Below, in pieces: positions 9,171-18,539 of a stretch of DNA of 64,000 bases (position 1 is the first letter of the stretch; every line of letters starts with the position of its first letter). Below the pieces are notes generated by a model, which had not been told where the DNA came from, did not search any database, and was given only the letters and a program-made list of their open reading frames with translations. The stretch lies in the IMG/VR virus record IMGVR_UViG_3300031088_000793; one strand, written 5' to 3'. The position numbers and the translations under genes are program-made. The stretch is from a virus (Duplodnaviria; Heunggongvirae; Uroviricota; Caudoviricetes).

Positions 9171-10460
9171 TCAGTCCTTCTTCTTGGCTGCCTTCTTAGC
9201 CTCAGCCTTGTCCTGGGAGGCGAGGAAGAGCCCGGCCCTGTTGAGGTGGCGAGAGTAGGAGCCATCGAGGTAGAGGAGGGGGAAGGCGCTCACCGAGTTC
9301 ATCTCACTGATCTTGTCCTGGAGCCGGGAGTAGAGCACTTCCTTCATGGCTCCAGCGCCGCCTCCGTAGACGAAGCCGACCTCGGTCATGGCGCCCACAT
9401 TGCGGAGGATAGAGCCGAGCTTCTCAGCAACCTCATCCGCGAAGAACACTGACTCCTGATCCACGAACTGCTGAACCCGGCTGTGGAAGGCGCGCTTCAG
9501 TGCCGAGGGCTTCCTCTGCAGGAATTCAGCGAGCTCCTTCCGGGAGCTGAAGCCAGCCTCGATGCCCTGGTCCTCCATGGCCGTGATGGCAGAGATGAGC
9601 ACTGAGCCCCAGCCCTTGTCCAGAGTCCGGGAAGCGTCAGCGTTGAACTTTCCGTTGGTGAAGACGGGGAAGTTCACGGTGCCCTCTCCCACATCGATGC
9701 CGATGGTGTTGGTGGCAGCGAGCACATCCTTGGGAGTGATCTCAGCGAGCTCTTCCCGGCGCTCGGGAGTGGGAGCGTTCTCCAGCAGATCTGAGAGCAC
9801 CTTGTCCATGATGGAGGCGCCTCGCTCAGCGATGGCGTAGTGGGCCGAAGCGCCCTCGGCGAGGACCTCGACCTTCGAGAAGGTGATCCTCACCACCACG
9901 CTGGTCTCGAAGTTCTTCACCATGGCGATGTGGGCCTTGCCTCCGTTGATGAACTCAGCAGCGTAGCTCTCCCGGTGGCGCATGAACTCGGAGATGGGGA
10001 GAGCGAGCGCAGCGCTGGCGTCCACGAGGATCTCCTCGGTGGGGAGGCTTCCCTCCCGGGTCACATAGTCCTTCAGCGCCTTGGCGGCGAAGATGCCGAG
10101 CACCAGAGCCTTCGAGAGGGGCTGCTTAGCCTTGGAGGCCCTGCCCACAGTGTCGAACTCCTCGAAGGCGCCGTCGGCCGAGAGGGAGCGCATGCCGAAG
10201 ACCCGGCGGTAGCTGTCGGGGATCAGGGGACTGTCGAAGGACACATCGAGCTGATTGAAGAAGTCGGGATCGCTCTCAGCGAGGACCTCGGGAGCGTCCT
10301 CGTCAGCGATGGGGATCTGGTTGGGCCGGGTGAGGATAGCCACGGAGGAGGGCATGTCCACCGAATCCCGGGGCTTGCCGTCACCCCTGCTTTCGATGAG
10401 TGCCTTGACATAGCCGTTGCCGATGTCTAGCCCGCCGTTGAGCTCTACCTTGATCGCCAT
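9171..10460 (-). CDS. ParM/StbA family actin-like ATPase
   Basis: phosphate-1 GLDIGNGYVK, connect AEG, phosphate-2 GIDVGEGTVN, adenosine YGGGA. Confidence 0.85.
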   Translation of the reverse strand: MAIKVELNGGLDIGNGYVKALIESRGDGKPRDSVDMPSSVAILTRPNQIPIADEDAPEVLAESDPDFFNQLDVSFDSPLIPDSYRRVFGMRSLSADGAFEEFDTVGRASKAKQPLSKALVLGIFAAKALKDYVTREGSLPTEEILVDASAALALPISEFMRHRESYAAEFINGGKAHIAMVKNFETSVVVRITFSKVEVLAEGASAHYAIAERGASIMDKVLSDLLENAPTPERREELAEITPKDVLAATNTIGIDVGEGTVNFPVFTNGKFNADASRTLDKGWGSVLISAITAMEDQGIEAGFSSRKELAEFLQRKPSALKRAFHSRVQQFVDQESVFFADEVAEKLGSILRNVGAMTEVGFVYGGGAGAMKEVLYSRLQDKISEMNSVSAFPLLYLDGSYSRHLNRAGLFLASQDKAEAKKAAKKKD

Positions 10461-10567
10461 GAGATTTCCCTAGTTCAGTGTGCTGTTCATTGGAGCTATC
10501 CTATCGAAAGCTGCACAAAAGACGCGGATCTACACGGATTCGCTGAGAGGGTAGCGGGTGGATGAAC

Positions 10568-11065
10568 TCAGTACTTGAGCTCCAGGGCTCGCACGGCCTT
10601 CGTGGGCCTTGCCTTGCCCGTGAAGTAGCCCCGGACGATGATGGAGCCGTGCTGATTGAGGTAGAAGGTGTTGAACTCGAAGTTCGGATCGAACATCGGA
10701 CGGGGATAGTCATCCGAAGGGTCGGAGATCTCTTTGAATCCTCCAGCGATGAGCTCGTCAGCAATGAGCCGGTTGATCCGAGCCTCATCCTCCTTCGAGA
10801 ACTTGAGGTCGAATCCCCAGGCCGTGAGCGAGAGCTCCCCCTGATCCTTAGCTCGTTCCTTAGTCTGCTCGTTGAAGGTCACATAGAGCTCGTAGTCTCC
10901 CCAGTCTTCGGAGGAGATCTCCATGAAGCCATTGAGTCGGGCTCCAGCACAGCTGCTGCAGCACTCGAACTTGGGAAGGTAGCGAAGCCTGCCAGCGAGC
11001 TCTAGGGGCTCCAGCGCCTTGGCTAGAGTCTTGAAGCTGCTCTCAGTGGGCATTGCGAAGCTCAT
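10568..11065 (-). CDS. hypothetical protein with FECCxxCA motif
   Basis: paralog of 16113-16673 (YLP.FECC..CA, TFN.QTK). Confidence 0.7.
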   Translation of the reverse strand: MSFAMPTESSFKTLAKALEPLELAGRLRYLPKFECCSSCAGARLNGFMEISSEDWGDYELYVTFNEQTKERAKDQGELSLTAWGFDLKFSKEDEARINRLIADELIAGGFKEISDPSDDYPRPMFDPNFEFNTFYLNQHGSIIVRGYFTGKARPTKAVRALELKY

Positions 11066-11274
11066 GGGTTCTCCTCGGGTATCGCGGCCATGGTATCGAG
11101 AGCTGCTCCATGACCCTCAGCGGCCCTAGCCTGCGCCCTGAGACGCTTTCAGCACAGAAATGTGGGCGTGTGTCGAGCCGAGCACAGCGGGCTCAGAACA
11201 GCAGCTACTGAGCTACTGGAGTCAGTCGAAGGCTCCGTTAGCCATCCACTCGATGGTGCCGTGGCCCGGAGGGG

Positions 11275-11688
11275 TCAGGCTACGCTGTCGGGGACCAGCA
11301 CACCTGAGCGGATCAGCTTCCGGATCCTGCGCTGAAGCTTAGAGGGCAGCGGCTCCCAGTCTGTTTCGGGCACGGAGGGGAGAAGGAGCGTCAGCTGGAA
11401 CCAGCCGATCCCTCGAGTGTAGCTGATCGCAGCTGTCAGTATGGGGCTGAGCGTTTCCGGGCCTACCCGCTTGGCTGCGACGATGTCTTCGGAGAGTTCG
11501 ATGTCCTCCAGGGAGGTCATGGTCAGTCCCAGATAGTCCAGCCTGTCTCTGAGCTCATCCAGAGTCTCAGCTCGAAGGAAGCCCACTACGAGGCTGTCGG
11601 AACCTGACTTCAGCCGCTCGTACTCCTCGAAGCCCCGAAGATAGTCAACCTTGGCTGTGTCCTCGAAGAACCTGTCGAAGAACTCCAT
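11275..11688 (-). CDS. hypothetical protein
   Basis: ORF with GGGAG SD. Confidence 0.65.
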   Translation of the reverse strand: MEFFDRFFEDTAKVDYLRGFEEYERLKSGSDSLVVGFLRAETLDELRDRLDYLGLTMTSLEDIELSEDIVAAKRVGPETLSPILTAAISYTRGIGWFQLTLLLPSVPETDWEPLPSKLQRRIRKLIRSGVLVPDSVA

Positions 11689-11733
11689 GCTTTGCTCCCT
11701 CTCTGTGCCGATGGAGTTCCTATCGCTCGGGCT

Positions 11734-12291
11734 CTAGCCCATCTTCCGGGCCAGAATTTCCTCGTACTCGTCCAGGACCTCCTGGGCCACGGGGGTCACC
11801 CGGGGAAGGTTCGGCATCCGCTCGAGGAGAGCCAGAGCCGAGATCACTGAGTCCCGATCCTCTGCCTGATCGGCTACGCTCTCCCGGGCGCTGGGCTTCA
11901 GGGGTGCCGAAAGGCTGTCGATGATCTGCTCATCGAGGGACTGAAGGATGTCCGGGAGCAGCGTGGTCAGAGCGACCTCGGAAACGACCTCCAGGTGGCC
12001 CAGGCACTGACGGACCAGGGTCTCCCAGTTGCCACCCACTGCCTCGCCCTTGTAGAGGGCCTCCTTGCCGTACTTGTCCACGAAGGGGTGAAGCTCCGGA
12101 ATGAGGGGGCCGTAGCCCTCCCAGACCTCCTCGACGGGGATCGCAGTCCAGCGGCAGGCACAGCTCGCGTAGAGCGTCTGAGGCTCGCCCCAGCCGATTG
12201 CCGAGGTTTCGATGGTGTGAGCGATGGAGTCCTTCTGAGCTACGAGGGGTCCCTCGTCCTTGAAGCCCTCGAGGATGCTGTCGATGTCCAT
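11734..12291 (-). CDS. hypothetical protein
   Basis: ORF with GAAGGG SD. Confidence 0.65.
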   Translation of the reverse strand: MDIDSILEGFKDEGPLVAQKDSIAHTIETSAIGWGEPQTLYASCACRWTAIPVEEVWEGYGPLIPELHPFVDKYGKEALYKGEAVGGNWETLVRQCLGHLEVVSEVALTTLLPDILQSLDEQIIDSLSAPLKPSARESVADQAEDRDSVISALALLERMPNLPRVTPVAQEVLDEYEEILARKMG

Positions 12292-12376
12292 GCTGTGCTG
12301 CCCTTCCCTCTGGAGGTTGCTCCTGAGTACGGAGCTGTCATGGTGATCCTATCACGCGGGAGCCCTAGGGCCATTG

Positions 12377-12476
12377 AGCGGCGCGAGGATGCTGTCTAAG
12401 GCGTCTTCCTTCGAGTATCGTTCGATGATGTGTGGTAGGATAGCCACATCGTTAGACAGCCAGGAAAGGTAGACAG
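12377..12476 (+). promoter_or_regulatory. duplicated promoter cassette bracketed by inverted repeat, copy 1
   Basis: GCTGTCTAA (12391) ... TGG-TAGGAT ... TTAGACAGC (12452); homologous to 13070-13169. Confidence 0.6.
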
Positions 12477-13037
12477 ATGGTAGCAGGTATCCCGAGGGAA
12501 CGCATCGAAGGGTTGGCGAAGCGCCTCTACTACCCCGAGAGCGGTGAGCCCACAGCTGAGGATCGCGAGGAGGCTCGAGGCTTCGTCGAGAACACTTTTG
12601 CCACCATCGCTGCCAGTCCCCTCGCCTATCGAAACCTGGGTCTCTTCCTCGGCATCAAGGAGGCGGATCTCCCTCCCGCTCCAAAGCCAGCCGCCCCGAA
12701 GCCTGACGAGGAAGCTCCAGAGCTCACCGATGATGAGCTCACCGATGATGAGCTCATCGAGGAGCTTCGGCTCCAGACAGCTGACGGCACTGGCTTCGAG
12801 CTCAACTCCGATCTGTTCCGCAGCATCGTCCTCGCCGATGGTGATCTACTCAAGGACGCTGACCGCTGGGGCGCTGGAGACACGGTGGTCCGGGAGTCTG
12901 CCTACTCAGTGTTCTCCCAGGCTCTCCTCGGCAGGGACTGGCCTATCTACAGAGATGGGATCGGCGAGGATGGACTCAAGAGCTTCCTCGATGAGCTCAA
13001 GGTCGCCCACGACGAGAGAGTAGCTAGCGCTGCGTAG
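12477..13037 (+). CDS. hypothetical protein
   Basis: GAAAGG SD; contains a short 15-bp tandem repeat (ELTDD x2). Confidence 0.7.
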   Translation: MVAGIPRERIEGLAKRLYYPESGEPTAEDREEARGFVENTFATIAASPLAYRNLGLFLGIKEADLPPAPKPAAPKPDEEAPELTDDELTDDELIEELRLQTADGTGFELNSDLFRSIVLADGDLLKDADRWGAGDTVVRESAYSVFSQALLGRDWPIYRDGIGEDGLKSFLDELKVAHDERVASAA

Positions 13038-13069
13038 CTAGAGCCCTGGGGACACTCAGAGCATGGCTC

Positions 13070-13169
13070 AGCGGCGCGAGGATGCTGTCTAAGGCGCTTT
13101 CCGCCAGGAGCCGTTCGATGATGCGTGGTAAGATGACCGTACTGTTAGGCAGCCCAGAGGAGATCAAGC
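13070..13169 (+). promoter_or_regulatory. duplicated promoter cassette, copy 2
   Basis: GCTGTCTAA (13084) ... TGG-TAAGAT ... TTAGGCAGC (13145). Confidence 0.6.
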
Positions 13170-13496
13170 ATGAGTGAGACAGTTGCCTACGAGGGAAAGC
13201 TCATCCCCGTCGACTGCGGAGGAGAGTCTCTGGATATCTGGATCCAGGAACGCCTCGGCTGGAGCGACCTCCGCGGCCACAGCAACTGGCTAGAAGCCCT
13301 AGAGGAGACGATCTACGGAGGCTATTTCTACGACAGCTCCAAAGCCGTGCTCTATGAGGTCCAGCGCAGGGAGCTGCATCCCGAAGACTTCATCCACGCT
13401 ACGGCCAATGCCGACGGGAGCTTCGACTTCGTGGTGAGCTACTACAACGGTGGAGCGAGCTTCGAAGAGGTCATGGGCTCAGTCGTCGAGAACTAG
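13170..13496 (+). CDS. phage-type hypothetical protein
   Basis: GAGGAG SD; C-terminal YYNGGASFEE motif. Confidence 0.7.
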   Translation: MSETVAYEGKLIPVDCGGESLDIWIQERLGWSDLRGHSNWLEALEETIYGGYFYDSSKAVLYEVQRRELHPEDFIHATANADGSFDFVVSYYNGGASFEEVMGSVVEN

Positions 13497-13530
13497 CCTC
13501 GAAGCCTCCGGTGCACAGCTGCGCTCAGTG

Positions 13531-13688
13531 TGTTAGCATGGGACTGGCCGCCCACAGCAGCCCGTCTTAGAGCAACGCTCCCACGCAGCGAGCTCGGCAA
13601 GAGCAAGGTTCTCCGAATCCTGTGGATGCATGGACTATCTCCTATCGAGTAGCCAGGCGTGGGACGGCTGCAGAACAGGAATAGCACC
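13531..13688 (+). ncRNA. structured leader RNA class B, copy 2 (with TGTTAGCAT promoter)
   Basis: CCCACGC 13580-13586 pairs with GCGTGGG 13657-13663; homologous to 8105-8263. Confidence 0.7.
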
Positions 13689-15182
13689 ATGACCAAGAAC
13701 CGTCGCAGGAAGCAGGACGCTCGCCGCCAGAAGGCCGCAGAGTCAGTCAGCTACACTCAGGCTCTCCGAGAGACTCAGCTCCAGTCCGCCGGCCAGGAAA
13801 TCCTAGGGATCCCCACTTCGCTTCCGAGCCTCACCGGCTACACTGGAGGCTGGCAGCCCGGACAGCTCATCACAGTGGGCGCTGGAATCGGCGTAGGTAA
13901 GTCCGTCTTCGCCCTCAACAGTGTCGTTGCCGCTCTCCGAGCAAAGAGCTCAGTGCTCCACTTCTCCTTGGAGCTAAGCGCTGAGGAAGTCACCCAGCGT
14001 AGGCTATCATCCATGAGCGGCATCTCCCTGGGAGCCCTCAAGGACGGGATCGAAACTGACGCACTGGAGCAGGCTCGCGTTGAGTCTCAGTGGTTCAAGT
14101 ACGCGCTGGTCGCAGAGCCCGAACAGACCTTGGATTCCATCAGCTCCCGAGCTCGCCTCCAAGCTCGAAGCGGGTTCGGCCTCGATCTCATCGTCATCGA
14201 CAGCCTCCAGCTCATCGCAGCCACGGGTGAACCCTCGCTGCGGCATGAAGCAGTTACCCGAATCTCTCGGGGGCTCAAGCTCCTCGCCGAGGAGCTCCAG
14301 ATCCCCATCATGGTCACCGCTCAGCTCAGCCGCTCCTTCCACGAGCGCCTTGGAGGTCCCCGGATCTCCGACATCCGAGAATCTGGTTCTATCGCTATGG
14401 ACTCCGATGTGATCGTGCTCCTCAACAGAAGGTACGATCTCGGAGAGGTCGCTCAGCCCACACAGGTCATCCTCGCTAAGAATCGAGGAAGCAGCCAGGG
14501 TCAGATCATTGAGTGCCACACTGAGTTCGACTGGGCTACCCTCCGCGAGATCAAGGCCAATCCGCTGACCCTCGCCGAGGCACGGACCAGGATCAATCCC
14601 AACCCCATCCTTCAGCGCTGGAGCGCAGCCATCGAAGCTGGAAGCCACACCGTCCGAACCCTCGCAGCTAAGAAGTTCAGCGAGGGCTGGACCACCGACG
14701 GCGAAGGTGCAGATGTTTCTCACCAGGCAGATGCCTCCAATGAGCTCAGCAGGCTGAAGCGGTTCGTGGAGAACTGGCTCGACGGTACCGAAGCCACGGG
14801 GGCACTCAAGCCCTCCATGCTGGCCATGGTAGAGAGCTGGAGCCGAGGACAGGCGGCTCCCGGAGACCTGGAGCCCCAGGAGGGACTCGTCTGGCCTCTG
14901 GGGGAGGACAGCGAAGCCTGGTTCATCCAGGGCACAACGGATGAGGAGCTCGCTGTGGGAAGCCTTAGCCGCTGGCTCCACAGCTCTGACCCCGAGACAC
15001 TGGAGAGCTACGAGGATCTCGAGACTGAACTCAGCAGCGATCTCACCGCCCGGGACGACTGGTTCTGGGCGCCCCTCGTCGGAGGACCCCAGGACGGCGA
15101 CCTGGAGCTCTGCCACTACGGCAAGGACAGCGCTCGCTGGACCGGCCAGCCGCTGGTCCGAGGCGTCCACGCTCAGGTCTAA
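13689..15182 (+). CDS. basic N-terminal module fused to DnaB-like helicase ATPase domain plus unknown C-terminal domain
   Basis: MTKNRRRKQDARRQKAAESVSYTQAL; GIGVGKS, FSLEL, VIDSLQL, AQLSR, DIRESGSIAMDSD, AKNR; lacks the DnaB N-terminal domain. Confidence 0.85.
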   Translation: MTKNRRRKQDARRQKAAESVSYTQALRETQLQSAGQEILGIPTSLPSLTGYTGGWQPGQLITVGAGIGVGKSVFALNSVVAALRAKSSVLHFSLELSAEEVTQRRLSSMSGISLGALKDGIETDALEQARVESQWFKYALVAEPEQTLDSISSRARLQARSGFGLDLIVIDSLQLIAATGEPSLRHEAVTRISRGLKLLAEELQIPIMVTAQLSRSFHERLGGPRISDIRESGSIAMDSDVIVLLNRRYDLGEVAQPTQVILAKNRGSSQGQIIECHTEFDWATLREIKANPLTLAEARTRINPNPILQRWSAAIEAGSHTVRTLAAKKFSEGWTTDGEGADVSHQADASNELSRLKRFVENWLDGTEATGALKPSMLAMVESWSRGQAAPGDLEPQEGLVWPLGEDSEAWFIQGTTDEELAVGSLSRWLHSSDPETLESYEDLETELSSDLTARDDWFWAPLVGGPQDGDLELCHYGKDSARWTGQPLVRGVHAQV

Positions 15183-15197
15183 GCACTGGGAAACAGC

Positions 15198-15240
15198 AAG
15201 AGAGGGCGCACTGGATTTCGATTCCAGTGCGCCCTCTCTT
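15198..15240. terminator. bidirectional terminator between convergent genes
   Basis: AAGAGAGGGCGCACTGGA-loop-TCCAGTGCGCCCTCTCTT. Confidence 0.75.
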
Positions 15241-15365
15241 CTATGGGTAGTGCTCTCAGCTCAGTGCGGGAGGTGCCGGCATCCGTTCGCGGATGTGGCT
15301 CACAGCCTCGGCGGGCTCGATGCCGTTCAGGCTGGGCTCTTCCATCTACTGGGCTACTTTCTGTA

Positions 15366-15698
15366 TCACGCGGAGGCGTCCCGGCGCTGCTCCGCGAGGA
15401 TCAGCTTGTAGAGCTTAGCCTGGAGCTGAGGGCTGTGCTTGAGCTCGCCCTGGAGGTAGAGCCGGAAGGCTCGACGGCCGGAGAACTCCTCGGGTACCTC
15501 CAGGCCGGTGGGATCCTCCGGAATGGGCTCTCCCGTGGGGTCCGTGAGGAACTCCCCGTCGAAGGTCGAGCTCTTGGCCCCGTAGGCTTCGGGCTTCGCG
15601 GGGTGGTGCTCGTCCAGAGACAGGCTGCCCCCGCTGTGCTGCCAGCGGGGAGCTACGAACTCGACGGGACGGCCACAGATGGCACAGTTGCGCTCCAT
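15366..15698 (-). CDS. hypothetical protein with N-terminal CxxC..H..H motif
   Basis: start MERNCAICG at 15698. Confidence 0.6.
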   Translation of the reverse strand: MERNCAICGRPVEFVAPRWQHSGGSLSLDEHHPAKPEAYGAKSSTFDGEFLTDPTGEPIPEDPTGLEVPEEFSGRRAFRLYLQGELKHSPQLQAKLYKLILAEQRRDASA

Positions 15699-15703
15699 GG
15701 TGC

Positions 15704-16051
15704 TCAGACCTGAACCGTCGCGGCGTAGGCCGGCGGGTTGACCACGATGGCGGCGAACTTGGGCGTGGAGCCGTTGTAGTAGTGGCCCGTGTACTGGCCC
15801 ATGTAATCGCCGAAGTACTCGTAGTAGCCCAGGCTCGAAGCCTCGATCACATCGGACTCGCTGGCGTCCTCGTAGCTGAAGTCGGTGCCGCCGCCGATGG
15901 CGTGCTGGCTGCCGTTGATGTCGTCGTTGTCGGCCGTGGGCTTCAGCACGAGGATGTCCGAGCTGATCTGCTCGCTCTCGATGAGGGAGAGGATGCCCTC
16001 CTTGACCGAGGCCGGAACATCGCGGTTGAAGAAGATGTCTGATGCGTACAT
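15704..16051 (-). CDS. acidic hypothetical protein, leaderless
   Basis: start MYASDIFF; TTGTGG-17-TACAGT directly upstream; strong GC3 bias. Confidence 0.75.
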   Translation of the reverse strand: MYASDIFFNRDVPASVKEGILSLIESEQISSDILVLKPTADNDDINGSQHAIGGGTDFSYEDASESDVIEASSLGYYEYFGDYMGQYTGHYYNGSTPKFAAIVVNPPAYAATVQV

Positions 16052-16112
16052 GAGTGACACTGTACACTGAGGACAGGCTGTCCACAACCGGCCTAAGCGA
16101 TCAGAGTGGGGA

Positions 16113-16673
16113 TCAGCCCAGAGTGAAGCTCTCGTGGGCCCGGTGGAGCTCCTCAGCCCGGCGAGCGCTGTAGTCAGAGGGCCAGTACTCAACCACGGAT
16201 GAGTCGCCGAATGGAGAGGTGACCTGATCTCCGTAGCTGAAGACCTTGAGCACCTCGGGGTCGAGCTCTGCATCGCCCTCGAAGCTTCCGAAGATCAGGA
16301 AGGATGAGTTGATCTTGAGGAAGCTCTGGTTCTCCGGAGCCTCGTGCTCATCCTGGAGCCTTCTGAAGCCGCCCTCCTGGAGCTGCGATTCCACCAGAGA
16401 CTGAGTCATGGCATCGGGCTTTCCATCGGTGCCCCAGCGCTGCTGGTTACCGAGGATCGAGAGCTCGAGTTGACCGAACTCATCGGCCACAGCCTTGGTC
16501 TGCACATTGAAGGTAGCCACGCCGCGAGCGTTGCCCCAGTCCTGCCACTGAATCCTGTGCTGAGCACAGTTCCTGCAGCACTCGAAGACAGGCAGGTAGT
16601 AGACCTTATCCTCGAGCATCAGTGGGGCTAGCGCTGTTGCTAGCTTCTTGTAGCTGTTGGGCTCATATGACAC
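16113..16673 (-). CDS. hypothetical protein with FECCxxCA motif
   Basis: paralog of 10568-11065. Confidence 0.7.
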   Translation of the reverse strand: MSYEPNSYKKLATALAPLMLEDKVYYLPVFECCRNCAQHRIQWQDWGNARGVATFNVQTKAVADEFGQLELSILGNQQRWGTDGKPDAMTQSLVESQLQEGGFRRLQDEHEAPENQSFLKINSSFLIFGSFEGDAELDPEVLKVFSYGDQVTSPFGDSSVVEYWPSDYSARRAEELHRAHESFTLG

Positions 16674-16883
16674 TTAGGGGCCGTCCTCTTCGTTCGCTGG
16701 CTATCTATGCCACAGATATCGAGGAAGCTGCACAAAAAGCAGAAAGAGGGTCACCTTCAGGGCTGAGAGGGCACCATGCTGCGGCTAAGCCCGGAGCGTT
16801 AGCCCACCGTAGTGCGATGGGAACAGACGAAGAGAGGCCCTGAGCACAGCGCCCAGGGCCTCTCCGTACGCTTCTGTGAACCC

Positions 16884-17321
16884 TTAGCCGTCGAAGAGTC
16901 CGAGCTTGTAGAGCGGGTCAGACTCTCCGCTCTCGAAGCCACCGTTCTCGAAGTAGTGGATGGCCTTGGTGACCTGGCCGAAGTTCGAGAGGTCGTAGAC
17001 AGCCCTGGCCGGGTGGTAGCGCTCGGGCTCGTCGTCATCGTCCCAGTCGTCGTCGTAGTCCTCGTCACCCTCCTCGTAGTCTTCGTCGGCTTCCTCTTCT
17101 TCGACGATGGTGGGGATCTCCTTGACCCGGCGGAGCTCGTAGGGGCACTCGCTCGGCTCAGCGTCGAGGAGTTCCTTCAGCCTGACGAGGTCAGCGAAGT
17201 GAGCCTCGGGGACCTCGAAGTAGGATGTCCAGGTCTCACCCTCCCACTCGTTCTCCTCGCGGAAGGCCCAGAAGGACACTCCGGGTGCGGTGGTCTCTGC
17301 GGTGTCAGTCTCTGCTGCCAT
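16884..17321 (-). CDS. very acidic hypothetical protein
   Basis: start MAAETD; ENEWEGETW motif and D/E tract. Confidence 0.7.
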   Translation of the reverse strand: MAAETDTAETTAPGVSFWAFREENEWEGETWTSYFEVPEAHFADLVRLKELLDAEPSECPYELRRVKEIPTIVEEEEADEDYEEGDEDYDDDWDDDDEPERYHPARAVYDLSNFGQVTKAIHYFENGGFESGESDPLYKLGLFDG

Positions 17322-17388
17322 GGGTTTCTCCAGTCTTGGATCAGTTGTTGTGTAGTTGGGGGCGAGGCGGCTGCCTGGCTGACTTCGA

Positions 17389-17754
17389 TCAGAGGATGAA
17401 TCCTCCGTCATCGTCATAGCCATCTCCGTCGAGCTCTGGCTCTACAGCCTTGTGGAGGAGCACCCACTGACCCTCGGTGAGGATGCTCACTGAGCTCGTG
17501 AGCTTGAGCTTCAGCTTCTTCGACGAGCCTCGGAGCCTCACTCGAATCGCACCGCCATCGACGCGCTTGATCCAGAGAAGCTCACCGATCACGGTGTAGG
17601 ACTCCCGGTAGTGGTGGTAGTAGCCGTCACCTTCCCTGGAGGGCATCTCCAGCTTCAGCACTCTACCCACATGGAGCTCGAGGCGGCTCAGGAGCTCCTT
17701 CCGGGACTTTGCAGGGAGCTCTCGAAGCCTCTGGGCCTCGTCTACTGCGATCAT
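17389..17754 (-). CDS. tandem paralog 3 of the MI.V(D/E)..QR family
   Basis: similar to the two upstream ORFs; ATGA overlap. Confidence 0.7.
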   Translation of the reverse strand: MIAVDEAQRLRELPAKSRKELLSRLELHVGRVLKLEMPSREGDGYYHHYRESYTVIGELLWIKRVDGGAIRVRLRGSSKKLKLKLTSSVSILTEGQWVLLHKAVEPELDGDGYDDDGGFIL

Positions 17755-18092
17755 CTCTGGTCTCCGTCCTTCGGGTCGTGGATGGTCACCCAGCTGCCAT
17801 CAGTGAGCACACTGACCTTGGAGCTGAGTAGAACCTTGCGGCGCTGTTCGACATTGCTGCTCGATGCTCCGAGGTAGACAGAGATAGTGTCGAGACCCTT
17901 CGGGAACACAAGGCTATCCAGGATACCCACGGCGGTGTAGGCTCGATTCGCCGGTGCCCATCGAGTTGCGTCTGCGCGAGGTACCTCCAGCCGAACCACT
18001 CTGCCGACCAGCAGGTAGATCCTCTCGGCGAGCTCTTCGACGGTCTGTGCAGCCGCATCGCGCTTCCTCTGCGCCTCATCCACGGCGATCAT
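17751..18092 (-). CDS. tandem paralog 2 of the MI.V(D/E)..QR family
   Basis: shared GR..(K/R)L, L.S.V.(I/V)L..G.W..(I/L)H. Confidence 0.7.
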   Translation of the reverse strand: MIAVDEAQRKRDAAAQTVEELAERIYLLVGRVVRLEVPRADATRWAPANRAYTAVGILDSLVFPKGLDTISVYLGASSSNVEQRRKVLLSSKVSVLTDGSWVTIHDPKDGDQR

Positions 18093-18424
18093 CGCTGGTC
18101 ACCATCTTCGGGCCGGTGGATGGGTGTCCATGTGCCGTCGGCGAGGATGTTGACCTCGGATGTCAGCTTGAGGCCGAGGGCCTCTTCCTTGGAGTGGGCG
18201 GAGAAGCGAACCATGATCGACTTGCTGTACTCAGGGAAGTAAACTGCCTCGAGCACTCCCGAGGTCGTATAGCCACTGGCCCCTCCACTGTAGTTTGTGC
18301 CGGGTACCCTCGCAACATTGAGCTTGAGCGTCCTACCGATGAGGCCGTAGAGGCGGTCAGCGAGCTCCTCCAGGGTCTTAGCAGGAGCCTCCCGGGCTCT
18401 CTGTGTGGCTTCCACATCGATCAT
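18089..18424 (-). CDS. tandem paralog 1 of the MI.V(D/E)..QR family
   Basis: same motifs, ends DGDQR like paralog 2. Confidence 0.7.
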   Translation of the reverse strand: MIDVEATQRAREAPAKTLEELADRLYGLIGRTLKLNVARVPGTNYSGGASGYTTSGVLEAVYFPEYSKSIMVRFSAHSKEEALGLKLTSEVNILADGTWTPIHRPEDGDQR

Positions 18425-18539
18425 CGATAGACGCTCCAGAATCCTAGCGGCCCGGATCCCGGCTCTCGGGATCCGTGCTCTCAGAGGGAGCTGCCGCAGA
18501 GCAATGCTATACGATGGGGAGGCTCAGCGCAACGGGCTG

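Noticed and set aside
12720-12760. 15-bp tandem repeat as an iteron
   Set aside because: In-frame coding duplication (ELTDD) inside a linker
13689-15182. Calling this the replicative helicase dnaB
   Set aside because: N-terminal domain missing, motifs altered and extra domains fused, so no gene symbol was given
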